The position numbers and the translations under genes are program-made. Below the pieces are notes generated by a model. The model was given only the letters and a program-made list of their open reading frames with translations, ran no database searches and had not been told where the DNA came from. A stretch of 63,828 nucleotides of DNA, filler included, from Pirum gemmata (lineage: Eukaryota), in the NCBI GenBank assembly GCA_002812295.1. It is 26 parts of 26 records of this genome, joined end to end, with 100 filler letters (N's around TTAATTAATTAA, not from the genome) between each part and the next. Parts side by side here need not be neighbours in the genome. Positions count along the whole stretch, not along the records: positions 36,900 to 39,151 come from PDIN01007290.1; positions 39,252 to 41,528 come from PDIN01007291.1; positions 41,629 to 43,919 come from PDIN01007292.1; positions 44,020 to 47,004 come from PDIN01007293.1; positions 47,105 to 50,109 come from PDIN01007294.1; 21 more parts are not named here. One strand, given 5' to 3'. Of this stretch, positions 37,006 through 49,735 are shown in pieces. Each line of letters opens with the position of its first letter. Position 1 is the stretch's first letter.

Positions 37006-39090
37006 TCAATATTGATTACAAACATCCCAAAAGTATTTTTGCTGAAAATCCATAAAAGTTTTCTCCTTAATTTTAATAGATTTACTATATGTCCCTGATT
37101 GTATAAGTTGTTTTTTGATTTTCCTTATTGCAAAACCATTAGGTAAGAATTGTTTAGCTCTAGACCACGACAAATCGTACGGCAAATTCTGCGTTAACCG
37201 TTCCAGAGACCAGCCCAATACACCATTCATTAAATAAGAAACCCAAATATCATCAAAATTGATATATTGCTTTAAGTAACTATCATCTTTCAATCTTAAT
37301 AACATATCGTTCATCAACCACAAATTGGCTGGAAAAATGGAACCGCCAGGGCCCCCGTAAGTAAATGATGTAAGGTGACTGTTTCGTTGTGCGTGGGTTT
37401 CTTCCGCATTACCGATTAAACTACGCCAATAATTTCCGTATTCATTTTTCGAACATTTAAAAGTTTTACCATACCACATGGCTGCACCGTTAGGTTTGGC
37501 CTTTTTCATGGTACTTTCTAAAAAGCGAACTGGGAAGTACTGGTCGTCGTCAACGAAAATAACGTTATCAATCATAGTAGTTTTTTTCAATTCATGAACA
37601 TAAACAAATCTAGAAAAAGCATGTTCTACTGGATTCAAATTGGTACTAGTAATGACTTCAATAGGTGTCATATTGTTGTCCAAATGATTTTGTGTTGTTT
37701 GAAAAGTGTGCACGTTGGTTTCTAATTCTTTCACAGCTTCTTTTTCCCAGTTGTTGTTAAGTAAATGTACCACAATTTTTCTTCCTTGTTTCGCTAAGGA
37801 TTGTTCTTGTAACCATTTCAGTTGAAGAGGAAGTAAATACATACGAGAATGACAAACTAACACAATGTGAATAGGTAATTCCATTCTTGCTTGTTTATTT
37901 TGATTTAAAACATCCTGTAAATTACTTCTTTTTTCAACCAAAGGTACTGTGCTCATTGTACTACTTGTTCCTGGTTTATACTTATAAATCCTACTAGTAA
38001 TATATTCGATTCGATCTTTACCTGCCAATTCTAAAACTTTATAAAAATAAGCTCGGTCAGTCGCCTTCTTCAACCAAACACCATTACGATCCAAAAAATC
38101 TTCTTTCACAAATTTCTCTGCTAGTCCATTTTTAAATGTACGCGGGTGCCCATAACGCCAACTATTAGTTGGCTGTTCAGTTCTGGGTGCATAATCAGCC
38201 ACAGCAACATTAGGTAGAGGTTGAGTTTGTTCTTGGTATTTCCCAGAAAACGATCCATAAGTAACCCAAGCTTTGGTATTTATATACTTTGAATTAATAA
38301 TATTCAACGCTTCTGGATTATGTAATTCATCATCACCATCAACTACTACTACTATATCATTCGGGCTTGCCACCTTAGCTATGTGTTTAAATGCTACGAA
38401 TTTAGCCCCAGCTGGGCCTAGGTTATTTGGTAAAAACAAACATTGGGTTTGTTGTGTGGTAGTTTCAATTTTTTCAAACTGCGGCCAATTATGAATCATG
38501 GAATTAACTTTAGGGGAATTTCTTTCGTTACAATATTCTATTAATGCTTCTTTAGCTTTTGGATCATTACTTCCATCATCGACAAACCAAATAAAAAAAC
38601 GATCTTGTGGGTAATTTTGGTTAGTAAAAGAATCATAGGATTGTTTTAAAATCGTTTTTTTCAAATTATAAAAAGGAACTATTATATGGAAATAATTGTA
38701 AACATGACCTTTACATAAAGGGGTTTTGGGTGATAAGCGAAAATTATTGTTATCTTTGTTTTCAGCCCATAAGTCAAATAAAGTTGGAGAATTGCATATT
38801 TCACTACGAGTATAATCTGTAATTGATTCGGAAAACCCTGTATTGGTACCTCTAACGTTATTTTTAACTAATTTTCTAGTATCAATTTTGTTTTTCTTGT
38901 TAGTGTGCCCTTCGTCTTCACTGTCGTTTAGATAAACATGGGTTATGATGCTATTATCCTTCCTACTATTATCATTAGTATAATGGAAAATGGTCACTAT
39001 TTCTAATTTAAATATCATCCATGCTAATACTAAATAAAGCCCTACGGCAATAATTATTATGTTAAATATTGAAGTTTTTATTTTCACCAT
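37006..39090 (-). CDS. Intronless type II membrane glycosyltransferase, 694 aa: GT2-like domain plus a second GT-A-like domain
   Basis: N-terminal TM helix; IIVPFYN, FVDDGSND, VVVDGDD (DxD); second domain with VIFVDDDQ and FDDIWVSY. Confidence 0.88.
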   Translation of the reverse strand: MVKIKTSIFNIIIIAVGLYLVLAWMIFKLEIVTIFHYTNDNSRKDNSIITHVYLNDSEDEGHTNKKNKIDTRKLVKNNVRGTNTGFSESITDYTRSEICNSPTLFDLWAENKDNNNFRLSPKTPLCKGHVYNYFHIIVPFYNLKKTILKQSYDSFTNQNYPQDRFFIWFVDDGSNDPKAKEALIEYCNERNSPKVNSMIHNWPQFEKIETTTQQTQCLFLPNNLGPAGAKFVAFKHIAKVASPNDIVVVVDGDDELHNPEALNIINSKYINTKAWVTYGSFSGKYQEQTQPLPNVAVADYAPRTEQPTNSWRYGHPRTFKNGLAEKFVKEDFLDRNGVWLKKATDRAYFYKVLELAGKDRIEYITSRIYKYKPGTSSTMSTVPLVEKRSNLQDVLNQNKQARMELPIHIVLVCHSRMYLLPLQLKWLQEQSLAKQGRKIVVHLLNNNWEKEAVKELETNVHTFQTTQNHLDNNMTPIEVITSTNLNPVEHAFSRFVYVHELKKTTMIDNVIFVDDDQYFPVRFLESTMKKAKPNGAAMWYGKTFKCSKNEYGNYWRSLIGNAEETHAQRNSHLTSFTYGGPGGSIFPANLWLMNDMLLRLKDDSYLKQYINFDDIWVSYLMNGVLGWSLERLTQNLPYDLSWSRAKQFLPNGFAIRKIKKQLIQSGTYSKSIKIKEKTFMDFQQKYFWDVCNQY

Positions 39091-39709
39091 TTTTAGTTTA
39101 TTTACTATTATTTATTAATATATTTTAACTTTATTATTATTATTATTATTANNNNNNNNNNNNNNNNNNNNNNNNNNNNNNNNNNNNNNNNNNNNTTAAT
39201 TAATTAANNNNNNNNNNNNNNNNNNNNNNNNNNNNNNNNNNNNNNNNNNNNCAAACCATCAAGCCATCAAAGCACAAACCACAAATCCCAAACCCGAAAT
39301 TCCAAAACACCCAACCCCAGTAGGGTTAGGGTTAGGGTTAGGGTTAGGGTTAGGGTTAGGGTTAGGGTTAGAATTAGGGTTAGGATTAGGGTTACGATTA
39401 GGATTAGGGTTAGGGTTATGGTTAGGGTTATGGTTAGGGTTAGGGTTAGGGTTAGGGTTAGGGTTAGGGTTAGGGTTAGGGTTAGGGTTAGAGTTAGAGT
39501 TATGGTTAAGGTTAGGTTTAAGGTTAGGGTTACTGTATTGTATATTAATTAATCCATAACTATCAAACCTATAGTGAAGACAAATCCGTTTTGACCCATT
39601 GTTCTTTTACGGATGTAAATTGCTCGATGCTTTCTACCTTGACTCACCATACCAAAGCTTCTAGTTGTAAAAAAGATGTAAGTTAAGGATAATATAATAA
39701 AATAAAATA

Positions 39710-40285
39710 AAATACAGTACAATGTAATACAATACAATTCAATTCAGTATAATACAACATAACAAAACATGGCATAACATAGCATAACATAACACAATAC
39801 AATACAATACAATACAATACAATACAATACAATACAATACAATACAATACAATACAATACAATACAATACAATACAATACAATACAATACAATACAATAN
39901 NNNNNNNNNNNNNNNNNNNNNNNNNNNNNNNNNNNNNNNNNNNNNNNNNNNNNNNNNNNNNNACAATACAATACAATACAATACAATACAATACAATACA
40001 ATACAATACAATACAATACAATACAATACAATAAAATAAAACATAACATAACATAACAAAAAATAACAAAACATAACAAAACATAACATAACATAACATA
40101 ACATAACATAACATAACATAACATAACATAACATAACATAACACAATACAATACAATACAATACAATACAATACAATACAATACAATACAATACAATATA
40201 CTGCAATACAATACAATAAAACACAATACAATACAATACAATACAATACAATACAATACAATACAATACTATGCAATGTAATGCA
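39710..40285. repeat. Pentamer microsatellite (CAATA)n/(CATAA)n
   Basis: Direct reading; source of the spurious YCIVL ORFs. Confidence 0.95.
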
Positions 40286-40886
40286 ATGCAATTGCCCGTG
40301 AATTTCAAGTGCTAGCAGACTCTAAAGGACGTTTGATATTAACATTAACATTAACATTAACATTAACATTAACATTAACATTAACATTAACATTAACATT
40401 AACATTAACATTAACATTAATATTAATATTAACATTAACATTAACATTAATATTAACATTAACATTAACATTAACATTAACATTAACATTATTATAATTA
40501 TTATCATTATCATTATCATTACAATTATAATTATAATTATCACTAACATTATCATTAACCTTATCATTAATATTATCATTATCATTAACATAAACTTTGA
40601 TATTAACGTTATCATAATCATTATCGTAATCATAATCATTATCATAATCGTTATCATTATAATTAGCATTATAATTATTATTACCATTATCATTATCATT
40701 AGCATTATCATGATTATTATCATTATCATTATTATTATCTAACCTTTCCCATCAATACCATACGCATTAACATTCCCATTTTTAACATTAACAATATCAT
40801 TATCATTAACATTAACCACATATTTCATTATCATAATCATAATCATTACCGTTATCACTATCATTATCATTATCATTATCATTATC

Positions 40887-40918
<32 letters not shown>

Positions 40919-41661
40919 GATCATTATCATGCTTATTATTATTATTTAACCTTTTCTATTTATACCATACAGTTTTTTGAAGACACAGCAACGGAAGCAT
41001 TTTTTCAGAAATGCAATTGTAATCTCTTTCTAGATAGCGTAAGTGTAGGGTTAAGTTTAGGGTTAGGGTTAGGTTTAGGGTTAAGGTTAGATTTAGGGTT
41101 AGGGTTAGGGTTAGGGTTAGGGTTAGGATTAGGGTTTCAATATATAATACAGAGTACCAAATTAATACAATATAAATTAATTTTATTTAATTTTGCATAT
41201 TTTTCTTATCTACATATATTGACTTAAACATTGACATTTTAAAGGTTATATAACCCACCAATTAAAAAATATTCAGACTGACAAAATAAATGAAAAACAC
41301 CATATATCTAATTAATAATCCATCATGTTTCCAATATTCTAATTCACACGTTAACACCACCACTACTACCAAGAGTTAGTGTTAATGTTAGGGTTAATGT
41401 TAGGGTTAGGGTTAGGGTTAGGGTTAGGGTTAGGGTTAGGGTTAGGATTAGGGTTTCAATATATAATACAGAGTACCAAATTAATACAATATAAATTAAT
41501 TTTATTTAACTACTACTACTACTACTACNNNNNNNNNNNNNNNNNNNNNNNNNNNNNNNNNNNNNNNNNNNNTTAATTAATTAANNNNNNNNNNNNNNNN
41601 NNNNNNNNNNNNNNNNNNNNNNNNNNNNACTTATTTTTTTAAAAAAACGATCTTAATTTTT

Positions 41662-43542
41662 TTATTTGGTATTAGTAAGCATCCATGGTCTCCAAATGTC
41701 GTTATCTCTAGAATTGTAATTCTCATCCATAGCCACGTCATTTACTTTAAGTTTGACATTTGCTTGGAAATTGGAGTGAAATAGCCATGCTTGTGACATT
41801 TCAGATCCAGGAGACAAGCAATCTGGCGATGGTGCGTACTGTGATTGAGGAGAGCTAGGGGGTGGTATCCTTTGGGCAGTACGCTCTTTACCATCATCAA
41901 TATACCGACTATTGCTACTATACTCAGTATTATTATGATTATGGCTACTGTATTCAACATTAGGATTATCACAATTATTATGTTCGTTGATTGGCCTATT
42001 TCTATATTGGTTATTGTAGTTATAATCGTAATTATTAGTGTTATTATTATTGTAATCGGCATTCGTAAGGTGGGTATTGTTTTGGTATTCAGTGTTGTTA
42101 GTTATTGGTTCTTGTCGGTTATTACTATTTTGGTATTCATGGCTGTTAGATATTGGTTCTTGAGGCCGGTTATTACTATGGGCATACGCATTCAACTCTT
42201 TCTTAAAAATATTGGCATTATTTGAAGGAGAATAAGGATTGGGATTGTAGGTTGTTTCCTTGTTGTAGGGGTACAAGCTATTATTAATGTTATCATAACT
42301 ATGACGACGACTTTTTGTATTGAATCCAGCACGAAGGCTATTAGAGGAAGTAGTAGTAGTAGTAGGTGTGGTAGTAGTGGGTATGTCACTAGGAACATTA
42401 TTCCGAACAAGGTCATAGTTATTGTCATTGCTATTACTATTACTATTCTTGTAATTACTATATTTACTATATTTTTTCATGCTATAACCAGTATATTCAA
42501 ATTTACTACCTTCGTTATTGTTACTACTCTGCTCCTCTTCGGTTTCTTTGCATTCATCATTATTCTTCGCTAGTAATTCGTTGCTAAAACTTTGAAGTGT
42601 TCTTAGATTATTATTGTTAAAATTGCTGTCATTGTTAGCTTGTGCAGCATGCTCACTAATGTAAGCTAATATATTAGGAGTCAGAGAAGCTGCGGGTTCT
42701 GATCTTCTTCTGATTGGAGTAGTGTTAGTACGAACAAAAGAGCTGTGACTAAGATGATTATTGATTATATGAGGACCGGTATTATTATTGTTGGCATTGT
42801 TGCTATTATGATTATTAACATGGTTATTATTATTATTATTGTTAATATTATTATTATCATTGTTATCATGATCATTGTTTTCCACATTATTGTTGCTATT
42901 AGTCATATTTTCAACGGTGTTTACTAATTGTGTTTTTCTAAATATACCAGGGGAAAGAGAACCACGTCTACGATGACTGAAATTGTTTGGCGACGTTGGG
43001 ATTTCTGGAGAAACACGCAAGCAGTCACCACTAACTTCATTACTATTGTTGTTATTTTGGTTATTGTTGGGAAGATGTCCATTACTGTTATGATGGTTGT
43101 TCTTGGAACTGTTATGATTCAAGAAATGGGTTATAGTTTTGTTTTTCTCTCTCATAAGTAAATCTTCATCACACTCCATTTGAGTCGGTTTCATTATATT
43201 ATGATACTGTACATGATTACCTCCTTCACTAATACTATGTCGTTTTCTGGGAACGTTTCCGTTCATAACTGTATTTTTGGTGCCACTGATATTACTATCG
43301 TCCTCATCGTTAAACTCTTGTACATACCCTGTAACGTATGGTTTATATTCAGGCTGATAATCTAAAGTGAGTACATCGGCTTGTGTTAGTGACGATGGTG
43401 CATTAGGATTTATTGAAAGAATTTGATCTAAATTAAGCGTTTTCCTAACGTGGCACATCCAAACGTGACGCTGTACATTATGTCTTTTTGAAGGCCTACT
43501 ATTACAACCAACGTAAGAGCAAACGAATAAAGTTCGTCCCAT
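41662..43542 (-). CDS. Intronless 626-aa putative transcription factor: N-terminal C2H2-type zinc finger, Asn/Ser-rich disorder and near-terminal WRPW
   Basis: FVCSYVGCNSRPSKRHNVQRHVWMCH (C-x4-C-x12-H-x4-H); ends DIWRPWMLTNTK*; A-rich context before the ATG. Confidence 0.85.
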   Translation of the reverse strand: MGRTLFVCSYVGCNSRPSKRHNVQRHVWMCHVRKTLNLDQILSINPNAPSSLTQADVLTLDYQPEYKPYVTGYVQEFNDEDDSNISGTKNTVMNGNVPRKRHSISEGGNHVQYHNIMKPTQMECDEDLLMREKNKTITHFLNHNSSKNNHHNSNGHLPNNNQNNNNSNEVSGDCLRVSPEIPTSPNNFSHRRRGSLSPGIFRKTQLVNTVENMTNSNNNVENNDHDNNDNNNINNNNNNNHVNNHNSNNANNNNTGPHIINNHLSHSSFVRTNTTPIRRRSEPAASLTPNILAYISEHAAQANNDSNFNNNNLRTLQSFSNELLAKNNDECKETEEEQSSNNNEGSKFEYTGYSMKKYSKYSNYKNSNSNSNDNNYDLVRNNVPSDIPTTTTPTTTTTSSNSLRAGFNTKSRRHSYDNINNSLYPYNKETTYNPNPYSPSNNANIFKKELNAYAHSNNRPQEPISNSHEYQNSNNRQEPITNNTEYQNNTHLTNADYNNNNTNNYDYNYNNQYRNRPINEHNNCDNPNVEYSSHNHNNTEYSSNSRYIDDGKERTAQRIPPPSSPQSQYAPSPDCLSPGSEMSQAWLFHSNFQANVKLKVNDVAMDENYNSRDNDIWRPWMLTNTK

Positions 43543-44071
43543 TTTTTATTACTTATTATTATTATTGTTATTATTAGGGATTTATTTTCATAAATAATTT
43601 ACACACAAAGAAAATTTATTACCACTTTTATTATTATTTGAAACCATATGATAATAAATAAAATGAAATAATAACAAATTAAAATAAAATAAAATAAAAT
43701 AAAATAAAAATATATCCATCTACAACCGTTAACAATATAAAAATAAAATACAATATAAAGCGATATAATAAAAGGAAAAGGAAAAGAGGGGGGGAGGAAA
43801 AGAGATGAAAGAAAATGAAAATGAAAAGGAAAATGAAAATAAAAGGAAAATAAGGAAAATAAAAGGAAAATAAAAGGAAAATAAAAGGAAAATAAAAGGA
43901 AAATAAAAGGAAAATAAAANNNNNNNNNNNNNNNNNNNNNNNNNNNNNNNNNNNNNNNNNNNNTTAATTAATTAANNNNNNNNNNNNNNNNNNNNNNNNN
44001 NNNNNNNNNNNNNNNNNNNTAATTAATAATAATAATTAATAATAATAATAATAATAATTAATAATTATTAG

Positions 44072-44470
44072 GATAAAATATGCAAAACTCATTTGGTAGA
44101 TAATAGAATTATGATCATAGGTGATGCTGCTGGTACCAGTTCACCAATAGCCGGTATGGGCGTTAGTGTCTCGATTTCCGCTCACGGTTGGGCAGTAGAA
44201 AGATATATAGAAGAATGTGAGAATGGAAATGTTAATGCACATGATAACTTTAGGAAACATATGAAATCATATGTTATGCGATGGCATAGAAACTCACATT
44301 TAATGTGGGATAAGTTAGATAACGTTTTGCTTAATGACCAAGCCAAAAGCGAAATAATGAGTAGTGCAAACTCGTTCAAATCATTAAATTCCGATAATTA
44401 TGATTTAAGTTCTCTTGATTCTAGTGTTTGTGAAATGGAAATAACAGCTGAAGATAACGGTTTGTATTAG
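44072..44470 (+). CDS. Last exon of an FAD-dependent monooxygenase/oxidoreductase
   Basis: Acceptor attag|; IMIIGDAAGTSSPIAGMG is the flavoprotein GD motif. Confidence 0.8.
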   Translation, partial: DKICKTHLVDNRIMIIGDAAGTSSPIAGMGVSVSISAHGWAVERYIEECENGNVNAHDNFRKHMKSYVMRWHRNSHLMWDKLDNVLLNDQAKSEIMSSANSFKSLNSDNYDLSSLDSSVCEMEITAEDNGLY

Positions 44471-45350
44471 TGAGAACAAAACAAGGTATGTTGGAGCGTA
44501 TAAACCATTACACAAAATAGAATAATGATATCAATAGAGTTTAACACTCTGCTAAACTATTAATGCCTAATAGTCTTGGTCTTTTATTAACCACAGTCTT
44601 TGTTCTTTGGTTCTTTTTTAACTTTATTAAAATAATATTTTTTATCAAAACTATCAGTCTATCACAAATATAATAGATATCAATCTAAGATTACACCATA
44701 CTGTCTAATAACAGTATTAACCAACACCAACTTTATTTTAATTAATTAATTAAAAAATTAATTAATTTTACGTTATCATTTTATTGTATTGTATTTAAAG
44801 TTTGGTATTTATAAAAACTTATAAATAGTCAAACTCACAACAATAAAATTAGTAAAAATCAATAGTTATATTCATAAACTTGCTCTCCTACATTCTCATT
44901 TTTCACGTTCAACAGATTAAGAGTCTAAATACTCGAATAATAAAATAATTTTATTTATTATTATTAGTGTTATTATTGTTATTATTAAAAATGTTGGCTA
45001 ACAATTAAAGCTGCTGCTCACTTCTCTTCTTCCACTTTGAATGATACTAACGCCATGTCGCCTTTTTCTTGTTTGATTACAGTAAAGCTAGTGATTTACT
45101 TTTGTATTGTGCTTGGGATAAACTCAACTGTAAAAGCCGTTTTATTATTCGTGAAACTCTAAGAAAACCCGGAGCCCTCTTGTTTAATAGTAATATTTTT
45201 GGCGATGATTTGCCAACTATTCATATAGAAGCTATAATACAAGTCCCTCTTTTATCTTTGAATGATAAAATCCACCTTGTGTTATATTCTTCTTTTACCT
45301 ATTTGCTACCAAATTGATGAATCTTTCGGTCTTACAACCACAAAGTATTT

Positions 45351-45708
45351 AATTAAGATTTCATAGTAAATAATTATTACTTTTAATAATATTTTTATTC
45401 ATAATTATTTATCTGCAATTGCTATTAATTACCATAGATGCTTATCAGTGTATTGATAGTTACGTCTTACTGCATATACTTAATTTTGATTACAGTATTA
45501 TTAGAAGCGTTAGTACTCGTACTTTTCGGAATTAAGATTTCATAGTAAATAATTATTACTTTTAATAATATTTTTATTCATAATTATTTATCTGCAATTG
45601 CTATTAATTACCATACATGCTTATCAGTGTATTGATAGTTACGTCTTACTGCATATACTTAATTTTGATTACAGTATTATTAGAAGCGTTAGTACTCGTA
45701 CTTTTCGG
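45351..45708. repeat. Near-perfect 179-bp tandem duplication
   Basis: 45351-45529 versus 45530-45708; one difference seen (ATAGATG/ATACATG). Confidence 0.9.
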
Positions 45709-46222
45709 GTACTACCTGCTGGTATTAGGATACTGCCTGGTGGTACTTTTTTAATTAAGCAATTACGAGTAATTATGACGAATTAACATCAATTACTTTT
45801 AATAACTTGCTGACTATATGTAACAATTTCTAGTTACCTTAATTTTTCATGTAATTCAATTTTTGCACGATCTCACTCCAATAATTATTATCTTCTACTC
45901 AAATGGTCCATGAATATCAACTACGACATTGTGTTATTATGTTATTATGCTATTATGTTATTATATTATTATAAATTAATACTACTAATATAATACTAAT
46001 ACTAACAATATTATTAACGTTTACGTTAATGACAGAAACCAATAACAGAAGCAATAGCAACAACAACAGCAACAGCATCAATAACAACAATACCAAAAAG
46101 CACAACATCGACAAAAACACTAAAGTTGTCAGACAATAGTAATAATGATGATAACGCTATTGATAGTGATAGCGAGATATTCATAAGTAGGGATACAGGT
46201 GATTATTATTATTATGATAACG

Positions 46223-46263
<41 letters not shown>

Positions 46264-48624
46264 GATAATGATAATGATAATGATAATGATAATGATAATG
46301 ATAATGATAATGATAATGATAATGATAATGATAANGTAATAGTAATAGTAATAGTAATATTAATATTAATAGTAATAGTAATAGTAATGACTGTGTGTGT
46401 GCCTGCAATAGCAATAGTAATACAATACAATAGCAATAGTAATGATATATAACAATAATAATAATAGTAATAGTAATAGTAATAGTAGGTAATAGTAATA
46501 ATAATAATAGTACAAATTAATTATATATAACACAAAGGGCCAATGACTGGGTTTAATGTTTTTTTACCTACCACAAAAAAGTACTATTTTTGCCTAAGAT
46601 TTTTTTTTTGAAACTTATTTTTGGTATGATAGGTTATTCTTTTTTTTTTTTTTTTTTTATATAATAATATAGACTACAGGGTATTTTTCGAATGAACTAA
46701 TTCAAATGAATAAGTGCCACATATTTTGTGATATTTTAAGTGGTGTAGTCTAATTCACGAGACCAGTTAGATATCAGGTAGATATAGTATTTTTAAAAAA
46801 AAACAGCGAATGATAATACATGCACACATGTGTAGTGTTTTAGAAGTTCAGGATAGGCTTCTCTCAATTCTGCTTTGTTTTTTAAAAAAATAAGTTTTCG
46901 AGCCTATGCATTAAGTAAATAAGTTCGAAATTTTTTTTTTTAAAAGCTAACAGTTTTTTTTTAAAAAAAGTATTATTTATTTATAAACCCGAAAAAATGG
47001 AAAANNNNNNNNNNNNNNNNNNNNNNNNNNNNNNNNNNNNNNNNNNNNTTAATTAATTAANNNNNNNNNNNNNNNNNNNNNNNNNNNNNNNNNNNNNNNN
47101 NNNNGGGTGGTGGGTGGTGGCGGTGTTAGTACTGGTATTGGGGTTGGCGTTGGCGTTGGCGTTGGCGTTGGTGTTGGCGTTGGTGTTGGCGTTGGTGTTG
47201 GTGTTGGCGTTGGTGTTGGCGTTGGCGTTGGTGTTGGTGTTGGTGTTGGCGTTATTTGTTTGTTTGTTGGTTGGTTGGTTTGTTTGAACTACTTATAGTC
47301 ACCTTATTCTAAAGTGTCAAGAAGTTCAAGTTTTTTAAAAAAAACGCTAGGATTTCTTTTTTGATGAAGTATGAATATCAGATAGTTGTCTAAAATACAA
47401 AGTGTAGATATGAGTAGACTATGTCATAATGTGAATATCTGTGAATTCTGTGATAGACTACGATTTAAGATGAAAAAAAATAATAAAGTAAATAAAAATA
47501 AATAAGTGGTAATTTGTAAATATCTAAATTTAGTAAACTTTCAACCATTTATGGCTTGTTGTGGGTCCAACTGTACGAACCAAATCAATTATTATTATTA
47601 TTAAAACGAGCTCTTTAAATAAATATATTAAAAATAAAGATTGTTATATAAAACGAGCAACAGTTGATAATGACGTCACTTTAACGGGTGAACTGTGAAA
47701 GAGGTCAAAGAGGCTGATCAAGATAATACTGAGTTTCATAAATCGATATATTATTTTTACATCTCTTTTATTATTATTATTATTATTATTATTANNNNNN
47801 NNNNNNNNNNNNNNNNNNATATATATATGGATCCAGGTGTGGGAAAATGGCATTTTTTCACCAAGAGATTTTTCAGTGAAAATCCCATTATCTATATTAT
47901 ATATATATATCATTTCAGTTGTCCTATCAATCTTTAATTTAGCACTGTTTAAGTCTATAATTGAACTTGTTTGTTTATAAGATACAACATTATGTATAAA
48001 ATACTAAATTAATTAAAACATGTCTGATAGTTTTTAACTTTAATAATAATTTGGTATGTTTATTTCAGTCTTTGAACTATCGAATTAGTAACTTGCATGA
48101 CTATATTCTACCAAGTTATATCTTAATACAATTTTAACTAATTTAATTAAATACACTTAACACAAGTAAGGATTCAATAAACCTAAAGTAAGCATTTCAA
48201 AATAATATTGCCAAATAAAAAAATTAAAAATTCTTTTACTATATGTATATCATTTTACCTACTGTGTTTAAAAGAGAATAAATAATATATAAGTTTAGGA
48301 TTGTAATGCAAATCGAAAAGTTGTACATTTTTCGGCCTTGTCCCAGTTTTCCATTTTCCATTTTTCAAGTAAAACTTGTGACATAATTATTACAGGTTCG
48401 AAATTTTACTTTTGTAAGCCTAAATTTTCGATATTATTACTTGATATCTGATTACTTGGTAAAAGCCAACGACAACAACAATATAATAGTATACAGAGCA
48501 ACAAACAATCCAAATATTACAAATTAAATAATAGAAGGCACGACAACTCGGTTTTCCTTTACAGACTCAAACCTTTCCCAATAGTGTAACTACCTCTCTT
48601 TACCCATCCTCCACAAACGGTATA

Positions 48625-49735
48625 CAAAACAATGCGTACTCGAAGCTTGCTAATCAGGCTTTTTTTTCTTTGTTTTACACACTCGAACGTTAATCAGTAA
48701 TAATGATGGGGACCGCCGTCTCCCTTTACCCAAACCCAAATAATAGTACCAGAATCATTGTATAGTAAAAATTTCCGAAACCACCTGGATCCGATCCATC
48801 CAGAAAAATGCACCACGGGTTTGACGATTTACAAACTCGAACTTTCGTTGGTAAAAAAATAATGGGGACAACCTCCCTCCAAACCCAAAAAATGGTCCCA
48901 GAATAGGTGTAATTCCAAAAGTTATTTTAAGACACAAATTTCGAAAAATCCCCGAATCTGATCCAGAAAAATGCATACTCGAAGCTTTTGTCGATCATGG
49001 GTTTGACGAGCAACACACTCGAATTTTCGTTGGAGACAGCATCCCTTTACCCTAAATCCAAAAAAATAGTCCAAGAATTTGTGTAATACCAAAAGTTATT
49101 TTAAGATACAAATTTCGAAACCACCAGAACCAGATTCAGAAAAATGCATATTCGAAGCTTGTCGATCACGGATTTAACGAGCAACTCCGGGGAGGGGGGG
49201 GGTTACACATTCGAACTTTCGTTGGCAAAAATTATGGGGCATCCTCTCTTACCCAAACCCAAAAAAATGGTCCCAGAATCAGTGTTATACCAAAACTTAT
49301 TGTAAGACATAAATTTTGAAACAACCTGAATCCGATCCAGAAAAATGCATACTCGAAGCTTATAGATCACGGGTTTGATGATCAGTTCCGTTTTTTTTTT
49401 TTTTGTTAACACACTCGAACTTTTGTCGGTAATAATGACGAGGACTGTCTCCCTTTACCCAAACCCAAAAGAAAGTATCACAAGTAATACCAAAAGTTAT
49501 TAAAACACAAATTCCAAAAACCTGAATCATAATGCATACTCGGAGTTTGTGGATTACGGGATTGACGAGTAACTCGGGGGTTCCTTTTTACATACTCGAA
49601 CATTCGTTGGTAAAAATGCTGGCCTTCCTTTACCCAAACCCAAAAAATGGTACCATAATCAGTGTTACACCAAAAGTTATTAAAACACAAATTCCGAAAC
49701 CGCCTGAATCCGATCCAGAATAATGCATACTCGAA
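48625..49735 (-). repeat. Tandem array of about 6 units of about 165-200 bp, each encoding a frameshifted TM-containing peptide
   Basis: Anchor AATGCATACTCGAA or variant at about 48631, 48807, 48970, 49143, 49343, 49531, 49722; units read SMHxSGSDSGGFxICVLITFGxTLI...WVWVK. Confidence 0.85.

Noticed and set aside
39570..41040. Three small complex islands (about 39570-39660, 40290-40325, 40970-41035) as micro-exons of one minus-strand gene
   Set aside because: Plausible, but frame and product cannot be fixed from sequence alone
41742..43365. Overlapping alternative-frame and antisense ORFs within the zinc-finger gene (likewise those within 3463-4686, 19973-21620 and 37006-39090)
   Set aside because: Shadows of the real CDS caused by low-complexity codon usage
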